A stretch of DNA of 64,000 nt from Perkinsus chesapeaki ATCC PRA-425 (GCA_013115145.1 JAAPAO010000039.1:47730-111729); one strand, 5' to 3'; counted from the first letter of the stretch, positions 37,569 to 50,049 are shown. Notes: generated by a model not told the origin, from the letters alone. A program made the numbers and translations.

Positions 37569-39236
37569 ATGGTGCCAAATCTACGTCGCCGTAGAAGCAG
37601 TTCCACAAAGCAGGCGACAACTGGCAGCTCCTCCGGTCCCTCGGTCGAGGTGATAGCTCGCACTTTCACGTGGAGCCACGACTCTAAGGGCTTGTTCGAT
37701 TACGAAGCTAAGAGTGTCTTCAAGCGGAACTATCGAGCCAAGATGTGCGATGAGGGATTCGTTGTAAACAGAACCAATTGTGACGTTCAAATGGTGCCTG
37801 CAAGCCAATCTGAGGAGGACGAAGAGGCCTTATCACCGATGGGAAGCGCTGCAACTGTTGCTAATGCTGGCCTGGACTCCTCGGCGAGCCCTCTTGGCAG
37901 GCAAACAAGCTCGATTGTGAGACCGAAGAGCTTGCTTAAACTCTATGAAAGAGAAGGGACGTATTGGGTGGAAGCTGCGAGACAGAGAGGCTCTCAAGAC
38001 GGTGAAGGTTACAGCAGTGACTCTTCCGCGGGAGCAAATGGACCGGTGAAGCTTTGGCAGGTTATCAGACATACTAAAGGCGCTGGCCACCGACTTGCCG
38101 AGGGAGATGTCTTAAAGCTCGGCAGATTTAAGATACGTGTGAAGGAGATTGTTACCACCGAGGAGGAGGCTGAAGAGAGGCGGAGGGCCGCGGAACAGGA
38201 CACTAGAGATCGAGAGCTCAGCGATGATCGAGCGAGTGCTATGACTGTCAGCACGGAGATCCGCAATGGCGTCGAGGATGAGGTGCCGGTGTCTGAGAGG
38301 GTTTGTAGGATATGTTACGATGTTGCGGAGAAGGAGAATCCTTTGGTTGCACCGTGCACCTGCAAAGGAAGCATGAAATATATCCATCTCAAATGCTTAC
38401 GGCAGTGGATGGATGGTCGGCTGTGTCTGAGGCCCGATCCCTATGGTTCAAGCGATCGTGATGGGCATCCGCTGGCCAATAGTTACTTCTGGAGAAGCCT
38501 CGATTGCGAGCTTTGCAAAACTTCCTATCCAAGTGTCGTGGAGTACCCGGCCGAGAACGGCAGAATTCGCCGTGTGGATTTGTACGTGATCCCGAGGCCT
38601 GCTCCACCTTACATCATTCTCGAGTCCAAGATCAAGCATCATTCTTCCAGACGATCGAGCAACAGTAGCGAGTCGGCTGCTCCTCAGAAGGGCTTACATA
38701 TTATGTCCTTGGGGAACAATCCACGAGAGACCATTCGAGTCGGTCGAGGCCACGATGCTGATGTTAGGATCAACGATATATCTGTCAGTAGATGCCACGC
38801 GGTTGTCAGACTGGTTCCGGGAGGCCGTGGCAAGCGGCCATATTTCGTCCTGGAGGACCAGAAGTCCAAATTTGGCACGCTGGTGAGGGCGCCGAACCCG
38901 CTGAGATTGGAAGTGTCTCGTGGAATCATCGACTTCAACGCCTCTGCTAAGAAGACTGGGCCGAAGCCTGCTCAGGGATGCCTGACACTACAGCAAGGCC
39001 GAAGTGTCATCCAGCTGCAATTGAGGAGACCGAGTGTGATACAGAAAGTTCTGGCGTGCGGGGGGTCGAGCGGGGCTGACGGAATGCCTGGAAAAGTGAC
39101 TTGTACACTTTCATACGCTCCGCCGACGACATCGGGGCCGCTGACGGTGCGGAGCAATACGCCTAGGAGAGATGGAGAAAGGAGAACGGTAGGAAAGAGG
39201 GAGGGGGGAGGGATTGAACCTGGGTCGTTTGCATGA
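37569..39236 (+). CDS. FHA / RING-CH (RINGv) / FHA domain protein, putative E3 ubiquitin ligase, intronless
   Basis: CRICY..NPLVAPCTCKGSMKYIHLKCLRQW plus CELCK is a RING-CH finger; LAEGDVLKLGRFKIRV and IRVGRGHDADVRINDISVSRCHA..DQKSKFGT are FHA motifs. Confidence 0.92.
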   Translation: MVPNLRRRRSSSTKQATTGSSSGPSVEVIARTFTWSHDSKGLFDYEAKSVFKRNYRAKMCDEGFVVNRTNCDVQMVPASQSEEDEEALSPMGSAATVANAGLDSSASPLGRQTSSIVRPKSLLKLYEREGTYWVEAARQRGSQDGEGYSSDSSAGANGPVKLWQVIRHTKGAGHRLAEGDVLKLGRFKIRVKEIVTTEEEAEERRRAAEQDTRDRELSDDRASAMTVSTEIRNGVEDEVPVSERVCRICYDVAEKENPLVAPCTCKGSMKYIHLKCLRQWMDGRLCLRPDPYGSSDRDGHPLANSYFWRSLDCELCKTSYPSVVEYPAENGRIRRVDLYVIPRPAPPYIILESKIKHHSSRRSSNSSESAAPQKGLHIMSLGNNPRETIRVGRGHDADVRINDISVSRCHAVVRLVPGGRGKRPYFVLEDQKSKFGTLVRAPNPLRLEVSRGIIDFNASAKKTGPKPAQGCLTLQQGRSVIQLQLRRPSVIQKVLACGGSSGADGMPGKVTCTLSYAPPTTSGPLTVRSNTPRRDGERRTVGKREGGGIEPGSFA

Positions 39237-40191
39237 GAAATTGATTGGTATAAACGCTTGGATACGGAACTTGGTCGTTGACTTCCTTTCGACTGCTTTT
39301 GTTGCTTATTATTGAATCCAACCTGATATCATCTGCGATGATTATCTGCTTTATTACTCTTGACATATGTTACCAGTGTGATGAGTTTTGTAGGAGATAT
39401 TTACGTGGCTCCTGCTCGGTCGCAGAATCACTCAGTCATCTGATGGTCTGCTCCTCCGCGCTCCTTCCCTCAACCGTCACCTTCAGTCTGTGGCCCTTCT
39501 TTAAGGCAATCCCGCTACTGCGTTCCCGTCTAATAAAGCATAACCCCATTCCCACCGCTGGAACCTATTTGACGTCTTTCTGTGATCGTCTACTATACAA
39601 TTGGGCTCCTGTTCATCAACATATATAAATATTTCGACGTTCTGCAAATACCTACAATCCACTCTAGCTCAGTGGTACGCCACTGGGCCCTTGATAGTTA
39701 TTTTAAGCACTAGGATACCGCAGCTCTTTCCTCGGAAATAACGCTTTTTCTAGGATTTCTGGCATCTGCTTTCAGGGTTCAGTCTCTGGTACTTTTTCGT
39801 TCTTAGTATTGTGAATATACGATGTCGCTATAATGTCGTATTACTATCGAGAGAGAAGACGGTGGGGTATAAATTATACTGGTATTTAGGAGTAAGAGGT
39901 TCAAATGTTACACTGTGTAATATGTGAACCTCTATTCCCTTACAATTATTACAGTTTCGCTGCCAAACTTTTCCACCACATTTCGGGTTAATTTCTTTCC
40001 TCCATTTGAGATTTCTCATCATTTAGTGGCGCGCAAGAATTTGCTTGTTATTGCAGGCACAGGATCGCGCAAGAACCGACTTTGACCTTCCCGAGGGCGA
40101 AGACGAATGCGCTGAAGATGCTGAAGATCCTCAACCGATCAGCCCATCACATTCGCTACCACAAGCCGTAGAGGATTGCGAAATACCACCG

Positions 40192-40377
40192 AGGCGGAGC
40201 GAAGCTGTAATTGTTGGACGATCGTCGCCTGAACGAATGGTAAAATGCTGCATGGAGGGATCGAACCTGGGTGGATTTTGTTGCCAAGCAGGTTTCTTTG
40301 TAACGATTGAATAAGCAGCAGTCGACCCTTTTGTACTAGGGCTGTTGTACCGGTAAGAACGGCGCTTCGCTCCGCCT
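40192..40377. mobile_element. Putative MITE-like element with 14-bp inverted termini AGGCGGAGCGAAGC
   Basis: AGGCGGAGCGAAGC at 40192-40205 and its reverse complement GCTTCGCTCCGCCT at 40364-40377; the interior carries a tRNA B-box-like segment. No TSD identified. Confidence 0.4.
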
Positions 40378-41232
40378 TTATTATTCATTTTTAGCAGATA
40401 CCAGCTCTTTGAGTGTTCTCCAGTCAGAGGCTTTGCTGGGGCTCTTGAGGGTGGCGGCGGTGTCGGTGTAAAATTAGATGATACATAGAAACTTTTATCT
40501 TTATTATGATGCCTGTCAAAAGTATTCTCTATTTCACTTTGTTGTTATTGTAATCTCGCCACCAAAGAGAATTGGTGTCAACGTGACCACGTTATTAGGG
40601 AGGTCGTGTAAGAATAGTTTGTCAACAGCCCGCGGTGGCCGCCGTCTAGCTTTGTATCCGAGGGCGATTGCATCATCACTCCAATCGAGTGGTCGTGTTG
40701 TTGGTGTTGTTCAAGTCTCAGCTTGTACGATCATTGAGCCCTGGTCTCTCTCTGTGTTGCTTCGCTCCTCCCGTGTTGACGGCGGTGGAGTATTTGTATG
40801 GTAGTGGAAGTAGCTAGTCAACTTTTTAATGATAACGGTTAGTAGTAAACCTATTGCATGTAGCAAGTACGTATCGCTGAGCAGTAGTCGTCCTCAGTGT
40901 TGTTGCCTCCCTGCCGCCGATTCTGACGCCTGATCGACGGGCTGTGACGATTGGTGTTGAAGAGGTAGCTCTCCTCCCTACCATTAATATTCATTCATCT
41001 GCTTAACTACTGCTATAATTGCCTAAACACAGAGTTCTGCGTGTAGTTGTCAATAGTGGAAAGAGAATCAACAGAGGGTGGGCGGTGTAGAGGGTTCTAT
41101 TATGGCATCGCCATCGATCGCAGGCTCGGCGAGATCGCACTCCAGCATCAAATCAGACGGCTTCAGTGGTGTTTTCAATGTGAGGAGGTGTTTGAGGGCA
41201 GTTACGGCGAGGAGGCATTTTTTGAGGAAAAA

Positions 41233-41304
41233 TGAGCTTGGCCCGATTCGAACGGACAACCGTCTGATCTGGAGTCAGATGCTCTACCGTTGAGCCACAA
41301 GCCC
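41233..41304 (-). tRNA. trnW-CCA: tRNA-Trp(CCA), copy 1
   Basis: GGGCTTGTGGCTCAACGGTAGAGCATCTGACTCCAGATCAGACGGTTGTCCGTTCGAATCGGGCCAAGCTCA folds as a cloverleaf with anticodon CCA and is followed by TTTTT. Confidence 0.97.
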
Positions 41305-41518
41305 GGATGTTCCAAAAATCGTTAGTTTCGTTACGCCTCGTATCCGAATGCTCAAGATACGTAAAACTAAAACACTGCCCAAGAAATCGGAAAAATCTCC
41401 ATGTGAAACTCTACGAATCTCAGCTAATGTGAAATATCCAACTTGGATCGACTTGCCTGACGAACGCGAGCTCGTTGTTGACGATTCCGACTTTCACAAT
41501 CGGTCTGCTGGATTTCAC

Positions 41519-44500
41519 ATGACAGTGCCGAAGGCGGCCATTCCTGTCCATCAGGTTACGTCCTTCACAGCCCATTCGGACAGAGTCGTCTGCTGCCGCC
41601 TCGGAGCAGCCTCGGGCCATTTCCTTGCTACCGGAGGGGAGGATAGAAGGGTCAACGTGTGGAGGCTCGAGAAGGCCGGCAACTCTGCGTTGATGTCACT
41701 GAACGGTGAGGCGTCTTAGCTTGTTGAACGGAAGCGTCTTGCCAGGCCACAGCAGTCCGGTGTCATGCGTGGTGTTCGATCGCCAAGAGGAGATCATTGC
41801 GTCGGGGTGCACTGGTGGAGGCATTAAAGTGTGGGACGTGGCAACTTCTAAAATGGTAGGACAATTACTTATAGGTGAAATTTGATCGCTTCGTGTATGT
41901 CCAAGTGAGCAGATCGAGAAAGGGAGAATGATTTTATTGCAGACAATAAAGGCAATTTCGAAGCACTCAATCACTCTGCGCAAAACCTGACCCGAGGAAA
42001 TATGTTACTAGTGCGGAGATACAATAACGTTCGACGTACTGTAATGCCACACATCATTTAGCATACCATAGCCACAGCTATATGTGATGCTCTGTGCAAC
42101 GTCTCTGAAGCAAACTTCCATAGTTCAAGTCGTATTATCGCCCGCAGCTCTCGGCGATGAGAGCGAGGAAAGTTTCCTGCTTTCCGTGCAATTTTCCGCT
42201 CCATCGCCTAGCATCTATTTCCTTTACCTCCCTTTCACAACTGAGGAGTGGAGAAGAATAATAGAACTATTTCTAATTAGATTTCCCACGATGTTTTCAT
42301 TCAATACCAATTCTTCTGGTAGGTGAGCTCCCTCCCTGGCCACAAGACAGAGTGCACCACGGTTGAGTTTCATCCCTATGGAAGCTTCTTCGCTACCGCT
42401 TCCGCGGACACTAACATTAAGGTGGGAATCGAACGTCTTGAGTGTGCGTTGGGCTCGAGGAAATGAGCTTGGCCCGATTCGAACGGACAACCGTCTGATC
42501 TGGAGTCAGATGCTCTACCGTTGAGCCACAAGCCCCGATATAAATCTTTATTCAAATTTTCCAATGCCAAACATCGCACTTGTCCATGAATTAGACACGG
42601 GTTTATCGACATGGCTCGCTCCTCTTAAAAAATATAGGAAAATATTTTGGACGAAATTTGGCTAACATTTTCCTGGCAAAAGAACATTATGGTAAAAATG
42701 TTCCATCGTACATGTCCATAGGGCAGTGCTCAGATTTGGGATCTCCGCCAGCAGAAGTGCGTGCAGATCTATCGCGGTCACCATTTCGGTGCTGCCACAA
42801 ATGGCCCGAAGGACGGCCGCATTGGCGTCGTAAGCCGAGCCGCCATTGCTGATGCAAGGGAGGTCTTTCGCAGGTTCGATTTTCTCCCCACGGAAAGTGG
42901 CTGGTCGGTGGTGGTGGCGACGGCTCTGTGAGACTATGGGACTTGAGCGCGGGAAAGTTGCTGAAGGACATGGAGCAATCCCACAGAGATGCAGTAAGGC
43001 TGAATTTAGCTGCAGTGGTGTGATCCACTTTGAGCCTTTGACTTTACACTCCTTATTGATCCCTTTACGTCTTTGATAAAAACGTGTAGACTACCGCTGC
43101 TAACATTAGTTATGCCTGTCATGATTTGTCTTTGCTTTTAATATAAATACTATACAAATATAAATTAGTAATATTTCATGTCATGTTTCGGTTTATGCTT
43201 ACTCTCGATAAGAAAGAGTGGCTCCTCTAAATTCAGGTCACCTCGTTGGACTTCCACCCAGCAGACTTCTACCTTATATCTTCCTCCCAGGACAGGACCT
43301 GCAAACTGTGGAACTGTGACACTTTCTCCCTAGCAGGTCTCGTCCCCCCGAATACATCGATCCACCTGTTGTTGATGTCTAGGCACCTCCGAGCTCGATC
43401 AATCGGCAGTTAAATTGGTGAAGTTCCGGCCCGACGGCTCGTCTCTTCTGCACGCATCTCAGGTGGGCCATCTACGCCGCTGCGCGGGGCCATATAATAG
43501 GAAAGTCCTCGGCCGCTCGGAAATGGGTAAATACTGTCGTGCGTTGCCATTAAGCTCGGTGAGTATCAAAACGATCCCACCACTATAAGGCATCCGAAAC
43601 AGGCGTGGGACGCAAGCCGGGAGATGATAATAAATAACTCATGGTGCTCCATCTCTTTTCAGCAACGCTTTCCCCTCCTTTGGTATGCCCACACTATTCT
43701 CTTTGACCTACTTTTACGATAGATATACGATGCCAAGAACTGAGAGAGCCATTAGAGCGTGTACAATGTACATAATAATATACTATATGATACATATATT
43801 ATTTTTCAAAGACTTCAGTCCTCGTTCTGACTGCTCTGCTAGTAAAGAGACCTCAGCTGTGGTTGTTAAACAGGGGGCCTTTGCTAGGGTTTGTAGTGAT
43901 ACAGTTTTAGCGAGCTCCGTCCCTTCGCACCGAAGAGCTAATACATATATAATATACACTAAAATAAATACGTATATATAATATTCTACTTACATATATA
44001 CTTATACTTATATAATAATATAGTACCTCTATTATGGTTTACAATATGCCTATGAATAGGATAGATAATAAATAATGCCGCATTGAAGAAGTTGGGAGTA
44101 TATCTTTATTACTGCTCAGGACGCATTAAAGGTCTTCTCCTGGGATCCAGAATCTTGTCGAATCGCCTGCGAAGCCGTCCACCCTCTGCCCAGTGTTGGC
44201 GATTGGCAAGGGGCTGCCGATATGCGAGTCAGCAGCAGCAGTGCCAGCCGAGCCGTTGTGGTATCACTGGATGGCACTCAGGTAGGCGTATCTTCATCGA
44301 TTACTCCTTGCATGCGTCAAGCTGTTTCGGGATCCAAATCACAAGCAATGCTCACACAGGCGAATAGATCTGTTTTAATCTAAACCTATCACTAGGCTAT
44401 TTGGGAATCATAAACCGTTCGCGGTTTTTGATACTTCTACCTGAGGTTTCGCAGGTGCGCGTGTGGCGACTGAATCATTTAGACGAGCCCATCGACAAGA

Positions 44501-46141
44501 CCCCCAGGGCTCCCCCTGAGCCGCGAAGGTTACGTAAATTGCCTTCCTTAAATCCAGCACCTGCTGCTGCTGACTCCAGCCCAGTGGTGAGGCATGAGCG
44601 TCCGAAGACTGCTATTACAGAGAGGTGGAGGCATGATTGTTCCATGGAATGTATTGCCATTATATTGCCGCAGATCTCAAGCAGTGACACAATCGGTGCC
44701 GTTGGCAGCGGAATCGGCTAGATCGACTGTTCGAAGGTAACTGAGTCCGATACACTTTCCCCTGCGCCTTCGACTAGGGAATGCCACCTTCAGGGAAGGG
44801 TAATTTAACCTCGCGCGGGTATGCCCCCCAAATCTCAATAAGTTTACTAAGTGCGAAGATATAATAGAAAATTTGTTAGAGAATGCGTTCCTAGGCGTTA
44901 AATGCAAGCACCTGATGTTCCTCAGATGTGCCAGCCCCCGTCCAAGCCCAACTGTAGCGTCGTCACCGAATGGATCGGCCAGCAGCTCCACTCTAGGGGA
45001 GGAGCATCATCATCCCTTAGTTAAAGAGAAAAGGCACAAACCTAGGCAAAGGACTGTTGGGTGAGATGAAGCTTGATTCCAGGATTCATCGAATGCAACG
45101 AATCTTCATTTCTGGAACTCATCTGCGAATTTCGCCGAAGAATGCCGAGTGGCTTGTCTTGTACGGCCTTCACGCCGTGATGCTTCTGCTGGAAAGAAGC
45201 AACGTACTTATCTGGTCTCGCACCAAGGCTGCTTTGAGGTTACTGTTTGCGGTTCTAGTCAAAGAGTGTGCTCGCTTTCGATACTCTGAAAAAATGTTGC
45301 GGTGTCATTAATAAGGCGGCACTGTTTGCCAGCATATAATAGATAATATTCTGCTTAATATCGTACCATAAATCTCAGTGCAATTCTTCATCACTCAGGC
45401 CCCTCCGACCCTCACCAACTCTCTCGCGGCAAACGTCATTGAACGACTCGGACTTGGCCAGCAATAAATCTCCAAAGTCGTCGCCGTCTTCAAAATCAGC
45501 CGCTGCTCGGAGCCTTAGACCATCGGTGCTGTCCAACCCGAGCTTCCTCAAGTCTCTGAGAAAGCAGCTTAGTGCCGTGCGGAAGTTCAAGCGTTTGTGG
45601 CTCGAGGAAATCGACGAGACATCGGCCCTTGATATCTGCTGCAAAGGCGATAAGAACTCACCGGCGTTGATTGTCGGCATGCTTGATAACGTCTTCCACG
45701 TCGACAAGTCTTATGTGGTGACGCTCGCCCAGTGTCAGAAGACGCTCCTTCCCGAGCTCCGTTTGGTCTGTGGGCGCCCGGAGACGCGGGAAACGGCAAT
45801 GGCTGCTGTCCGAACGCTGTTGAGGAACTTTGGCGCTTTGATAATCGCCACGCGGAGCGCCGGTACAGACGGCAAAACCGCTAATGGACAGGTTGGTTGA
45901 ATTTGCCTTCAGAAAGGAATGGCTTGGTCAGGTTGACTTGTCCCGAGAAGACCGTCTTGAAAGGTGCAATTCGTGCTTCGATCAGTTCGCATCGATCCAC
46001 CGAATGCTGGCTGCCGAGCAGCACCTCCGGCACCGGTCACCATTGCCAGCGGACGTTCTCGACACTATGAACGAGCTGGAGCGTTTTATTGCGGCTGATA
46101 ACAGTTCGTCCAATATAGAAGTGAATCCAAATGGTAGATAA
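41519..46141 (+). CDS. KATNB1: Katanin p80 WD40 repeat-containing subunit B1, multi-exon
   Basis: N-terminal WD40s FTAHSDRVVCCRLG..LATGGEDRRVNVW..ALMSLNGHSSPVSCVVF..IKVWD, ATASADTNIK|IWDLR, and C-terminal con80 domain VRTLLRNFGALI..VDLSREDRLERCNSC. Confidence 0.9.
42464..42535 (-). tRNA. trnW-CCA: tRNA-Trp(CCA), copy 2, antisense inside a katanin p80 intron
   Basis: The 72-nt sequence is identical to copy 1 and lies in the intron that starts after ADTNIK (AAG|GTGGGA, 42422). Confidence 0.95.
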
Positions 46142-46450
46142 TAGATGAATGCCAGTCAATACATGAAGAAAATATTATGTTATATTTCAATTCGCTATTG
46201 CGAAGACAATTGTGTTGCATACAGTGGAGAAGAGGAACATTGCAAGATCGCGAGAGATTCACTTGTGGGCTGCTTTCTCGGCTCCTAGTCGGAATTGTAC
46301 ACTTTCAAGGTGTCTCCGCATATGGAGGGATTGGACTAGATAACGCAACAACGATGAGAACTGAGAGGATATAGTGGAAAGTGGGTATCAGGAAGCCCAC
46401 AAATGATGTAAAGTGAAATGAACAAAATGGCTTTGGGTAACAAGTTGTCT

Positions 46451-48326
46451 TCAACCGGCTGGTGTCACCTCAAGCATCAACCCAGCCGGCTTTAGTGTCA
46501 CCACGGTGTTGTACACTGGGGTCACCTTAGCATTTGGACTCAAACGAATATTATTAAATGCGATGAGGAGTTTTGCTGTCACGATCATGGCTTCCTTGAT
46601 AGCTAAGTCTCGGCCTGGGCACCTACGACGGCCGAAGCCAAAGGCTAGATGGCCATTAGCCTTCTCGCGATCGATCGAGTTACCATCAGACGTGAACCAA
46701 CGCTCAGGCCTGAAGAGAGAGATGCGAATATGTAGGCAAACTAGCGTGCAAGCTCGACAAGAACTTCACCTGAAGTCATTGCCTTCGCGCAACATTGGTG
46801 CTGCTAGAAGAACCAGGACCAGGGTTCCTGGTTTGATCAGCTTGCCTTCAATTTCAGCTTCGGTGGCAGCAGTAAGGGGGATGAGAGGGGCTGGAGAATG
46901 CAACTGATAAAGGGAGACAAAGATTGAAAAACGAGCGGCGATCGAGGAATAAAGCTTGCGAGAGGTGTGGTTCGTACACGGAGGGTCTCATGAATGCATG
47001 CTTCAATAAATGGCAGAGCATTAGTTTTCGCCGCAGAGACTAGATCATCTCGTGCTGCCAAGGCTTCCTGTCGAGCTTGTCGTTGAATATCCGGGTTCAG
47101 GCATAATAAATAGAGCAACCACGCTAGAGTGACGGATACAGTTTCACTCCCAGCAAGCCAGAACCTGATTACAAGGCAATCGAGCCTGTTACTTCACAAG
47201 GTTAAGTATCACAGCAGCACGTTGTCCGTGAGCTCCTTAGTAGTCAGTGATGCAAGAGCAGTCATATCAGCGTCTTCTTGTATTATTTCGCGTAGATAGC
47301 GCCAGTCACCATGTAACTAACAAGTCAATCTCTGCTGGCGAGATACTGATGGTGACTCACCCGCCTGGCTGGCGGGAACACAGCTTTGCTCAGCATACGA
47401 TCCTCATATAACACTTTCATCGGGGACATTCCGAACTCGCATAATCGATCTGTAAAGTCGATAATCAATTGCTGCGTTACTTGGGAGGTTAGGGTTCGGT
47501 CTGAGATGAAGGCTCTCCAGTTACAAGTGCAGGCTCACTCTCACTCCCTGGCTTTGTTGTTGAAACCGAAGCAATCTTCAGTGCAAACTCACGGATGTCA
47601 TGCTCGGGTGACGACCAAACCATGAACTCCTCACCATCACGTCGAACCTTCAAAATCTGCGGATGAGAAAATTGTCGGCTTATTTTACAGTGCGATTTTG
47701 ATCTAGGTAGGCGTCATGTACTGACCAGCTCATCCGCCTCCGCACATAGAGTCGATATCAGTGCCAAAACGCGAGTCTCATTTAGAGGCGCGCTGCCATG
47801 TCTTCTCAGCCTCTGCCATTGGTTTCCCTCTGCAATGGCCATGTTCATCTCGTTCAGTAGCCTGGGTACTTTCCAACGAGCAAACTTCTTAGGTCTTTGT
47901 TTTAAAAGCGAACGCCCAAGGTCAGGATCACTCACGACAACCACCGGACCTTTGGGGGTTCTGAGAATCATCATACAACTTATCGGAACAGTCACGACGC
48001 TCTGTGCATACCTGATCGAGTACACTCTCTCGTGCTCTCTGGCTGAAGCATCGACGAAATCTACAACGCTACTGACGCCGCCGAGTGATGCGCGAATGAG
48101 TGATAGGAACTGAGATATAGTCACTCAGGCACCTTCGGGGGTGTTGAATAAATCTTACGCTTGGGCCCGGAAAAGGCGGCTTCAGGAACCAGTATCTTAG
48201 CTCAAAGCTGACTTTCGCGGCAATTACAGCCGTAAGTGCGATGATGTAATCCTTAGTGCGCAGGCGGGAGATAGTCTTGAGTATCTTCTCCCCGCTGGCT
48301 TCAAGGAGGCTCCTGTAGGACTGCAT
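46451..48326 (-). CDS. Cytochrome P450, multi-exon
   Basis: N-terminal TM and PPFPGP hinge; WQRLRR; I-helix LAGSETVS; K-helix IHETLR; PERW; heme-binding FGFGRRRCPG; stop TGA at 46451-46453. Confidence 0.93.
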
Positions 48327-49994
48327 TTCGAGATAGAAACCGACTGAAGATTCGATATGAATGCTCGATAGTGTATCTGCAACAGTAAGCGCGGCGAGAC
48401 ACTAGCAGTAGTACCAAAGATTGTGATAAGCGATGCTACAAGGCGACGAAGAGTAGAAAGTGAAGCCTCGTGTCCTACATCCTGTGGGAAATCGCCTAAA
48501 CGGTCGCGCACGCATGCACATCAGAGTGTGTGTCACATACAATGTGTGTGTTGTTCTTGTCTGTACCGGCAAAATGGGCGGCAAAATGATCCGGGCACTC
48601 TTTGGCAGACAAACATTTTTGCAAGTCGATGTTCGGAGGTTGTTAACTTTTGTGAGAAACTAAGCTCCAGAGACTTGCAGAATGGAGGTTGTGAGCATCA
48701 GAGCTCGGTTGGGTGTACCTGTGTGGAGAGCCTGATTGGGTGTATCTGTGTGGTAAGACTGAATACTTCGAGCTCTGTAGATCAGCGGTATCTCATCAAG
48801 ATGAGACTGCGAGTTGGGAGCCATTGTATTCTGCTACTTTCACATATGCCCTTTATGGTCCAAGTGAACCCTGCTGGGGGGTAGGATCTCTAGACACTAG
48901 TTGCACTTCTTTTCGGTGGACTATCAAGTTATGTTTCTCCAGCAGATGAGGTATCAACAGACTCTCTACAAATGCGACTCGCAGGTGTCGCTCCCGGTCG
49001 ATCCCATAGTAACCCAACACTATCTTCCTGAGCGATAATGACGAGAACAATGGAGGGGTCAAAGGGAAAAGGAGTTATTCTAGGGCATTTAACCAACTAA
49101 TCTATGTACTCGCATGCCCTTTAGCCACGAAAGTGCAGTACGTGCAAGTAAGTACAAGCAAACAAGTTGGATTCAACCCACAGCAACAGACTTCGTTGCT
49201 GTGCGTCACGTGGTAATCAACAAGGCTATCAATCGCGATCGCCCAAATGATGGCGCATGCTACAACTAATGCTATAGATATAGGCAAATATCAGATCGAA
49301 GTAGTATTGATGATAGGCAGAGGAAACGCAGCGTATGATACAGCGATAATTACAGTATAGCCTATACTCTATAGGTGTTAAGAACCATCGGAGGTTGTGC
49401 AATGTGTGTTCTACTGTACTGTACTTTGGAAAGGATAGTTTAAGCCGTAAGCGCGTTCAGCACGTTGCACAACGCGGCGCGTTGAACGCGCTGTAAGCAT
49501 TCCATCTTCCTCTACCCCCGTCAGGCCTCAAGACGAAGTGGATGCACTTCTAACAGTATGATGGTTTCTTAGCAGAGAAGGACCGAACCTGGTATCAGTG
49601 GGTTTGACAACTTTCCCAGATGTATTGGTATCCTCCCCAGAATAAGGTTGAGTGCAGGGGGTGACTCGCTCTTAAAGCGTATCTGTAAATTTGATGATGC
49701 CTTCTTTAGCATGCATAGTAATTCAGCTCTCGTGGAGATAACCCAACACTACCCTCACGACCACCAGTTGGGCTGCACATTGAAGGATAGTGTACCCAAG
49801 CTGTTCCAGGCGTTGGCCCATAAGCCACCACGCACGATGGTGGCTTCAACGCCAGCCTTATAACTGGCCAACCAGCAATAGCTACGACAAGTACGGAGGT
49901 TCCCAAGGGAGGAGCGGTGAATATCGTATTCACAATTCATAATATGCCAGGAACAACCATATTGAAAGCGAGAAAAGGTGTGAGTCTAGAGTTA

Positions 49995-50049
49995 GGAGTA
50001 GATCGTAGTCGGGCCCTTTGGGCCAAAGGGCCCGACTACGATCTACTCC
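49995..50049. repeat. Perfect 27-1-27 palindrome (55-bp hairpin), abutting an 18-bp perfect palindrome at 50049-50066
   Basis: GGAGTAGATCGTAGTCGGGCCCTTTGG-G-CCAAAGGGCCCGACTACGATCTACTCC, followed by CGCTCTGATATCAGAGCG. Confidence 0.95.

Noticed and set aside
39420-39530. Minus-strand segment GIALKKGHRLKVTVEGR reminiscent of the IF-3 C-domain
   Set aside because: Only a short motif; I could not assemble supporting exons, so the 39.3-41.2 kb region is left unannotated.
39660-39690. A-box-like TAGCTCAGTGGTA
   Set aside because: No anticodon arm or B-box follows.
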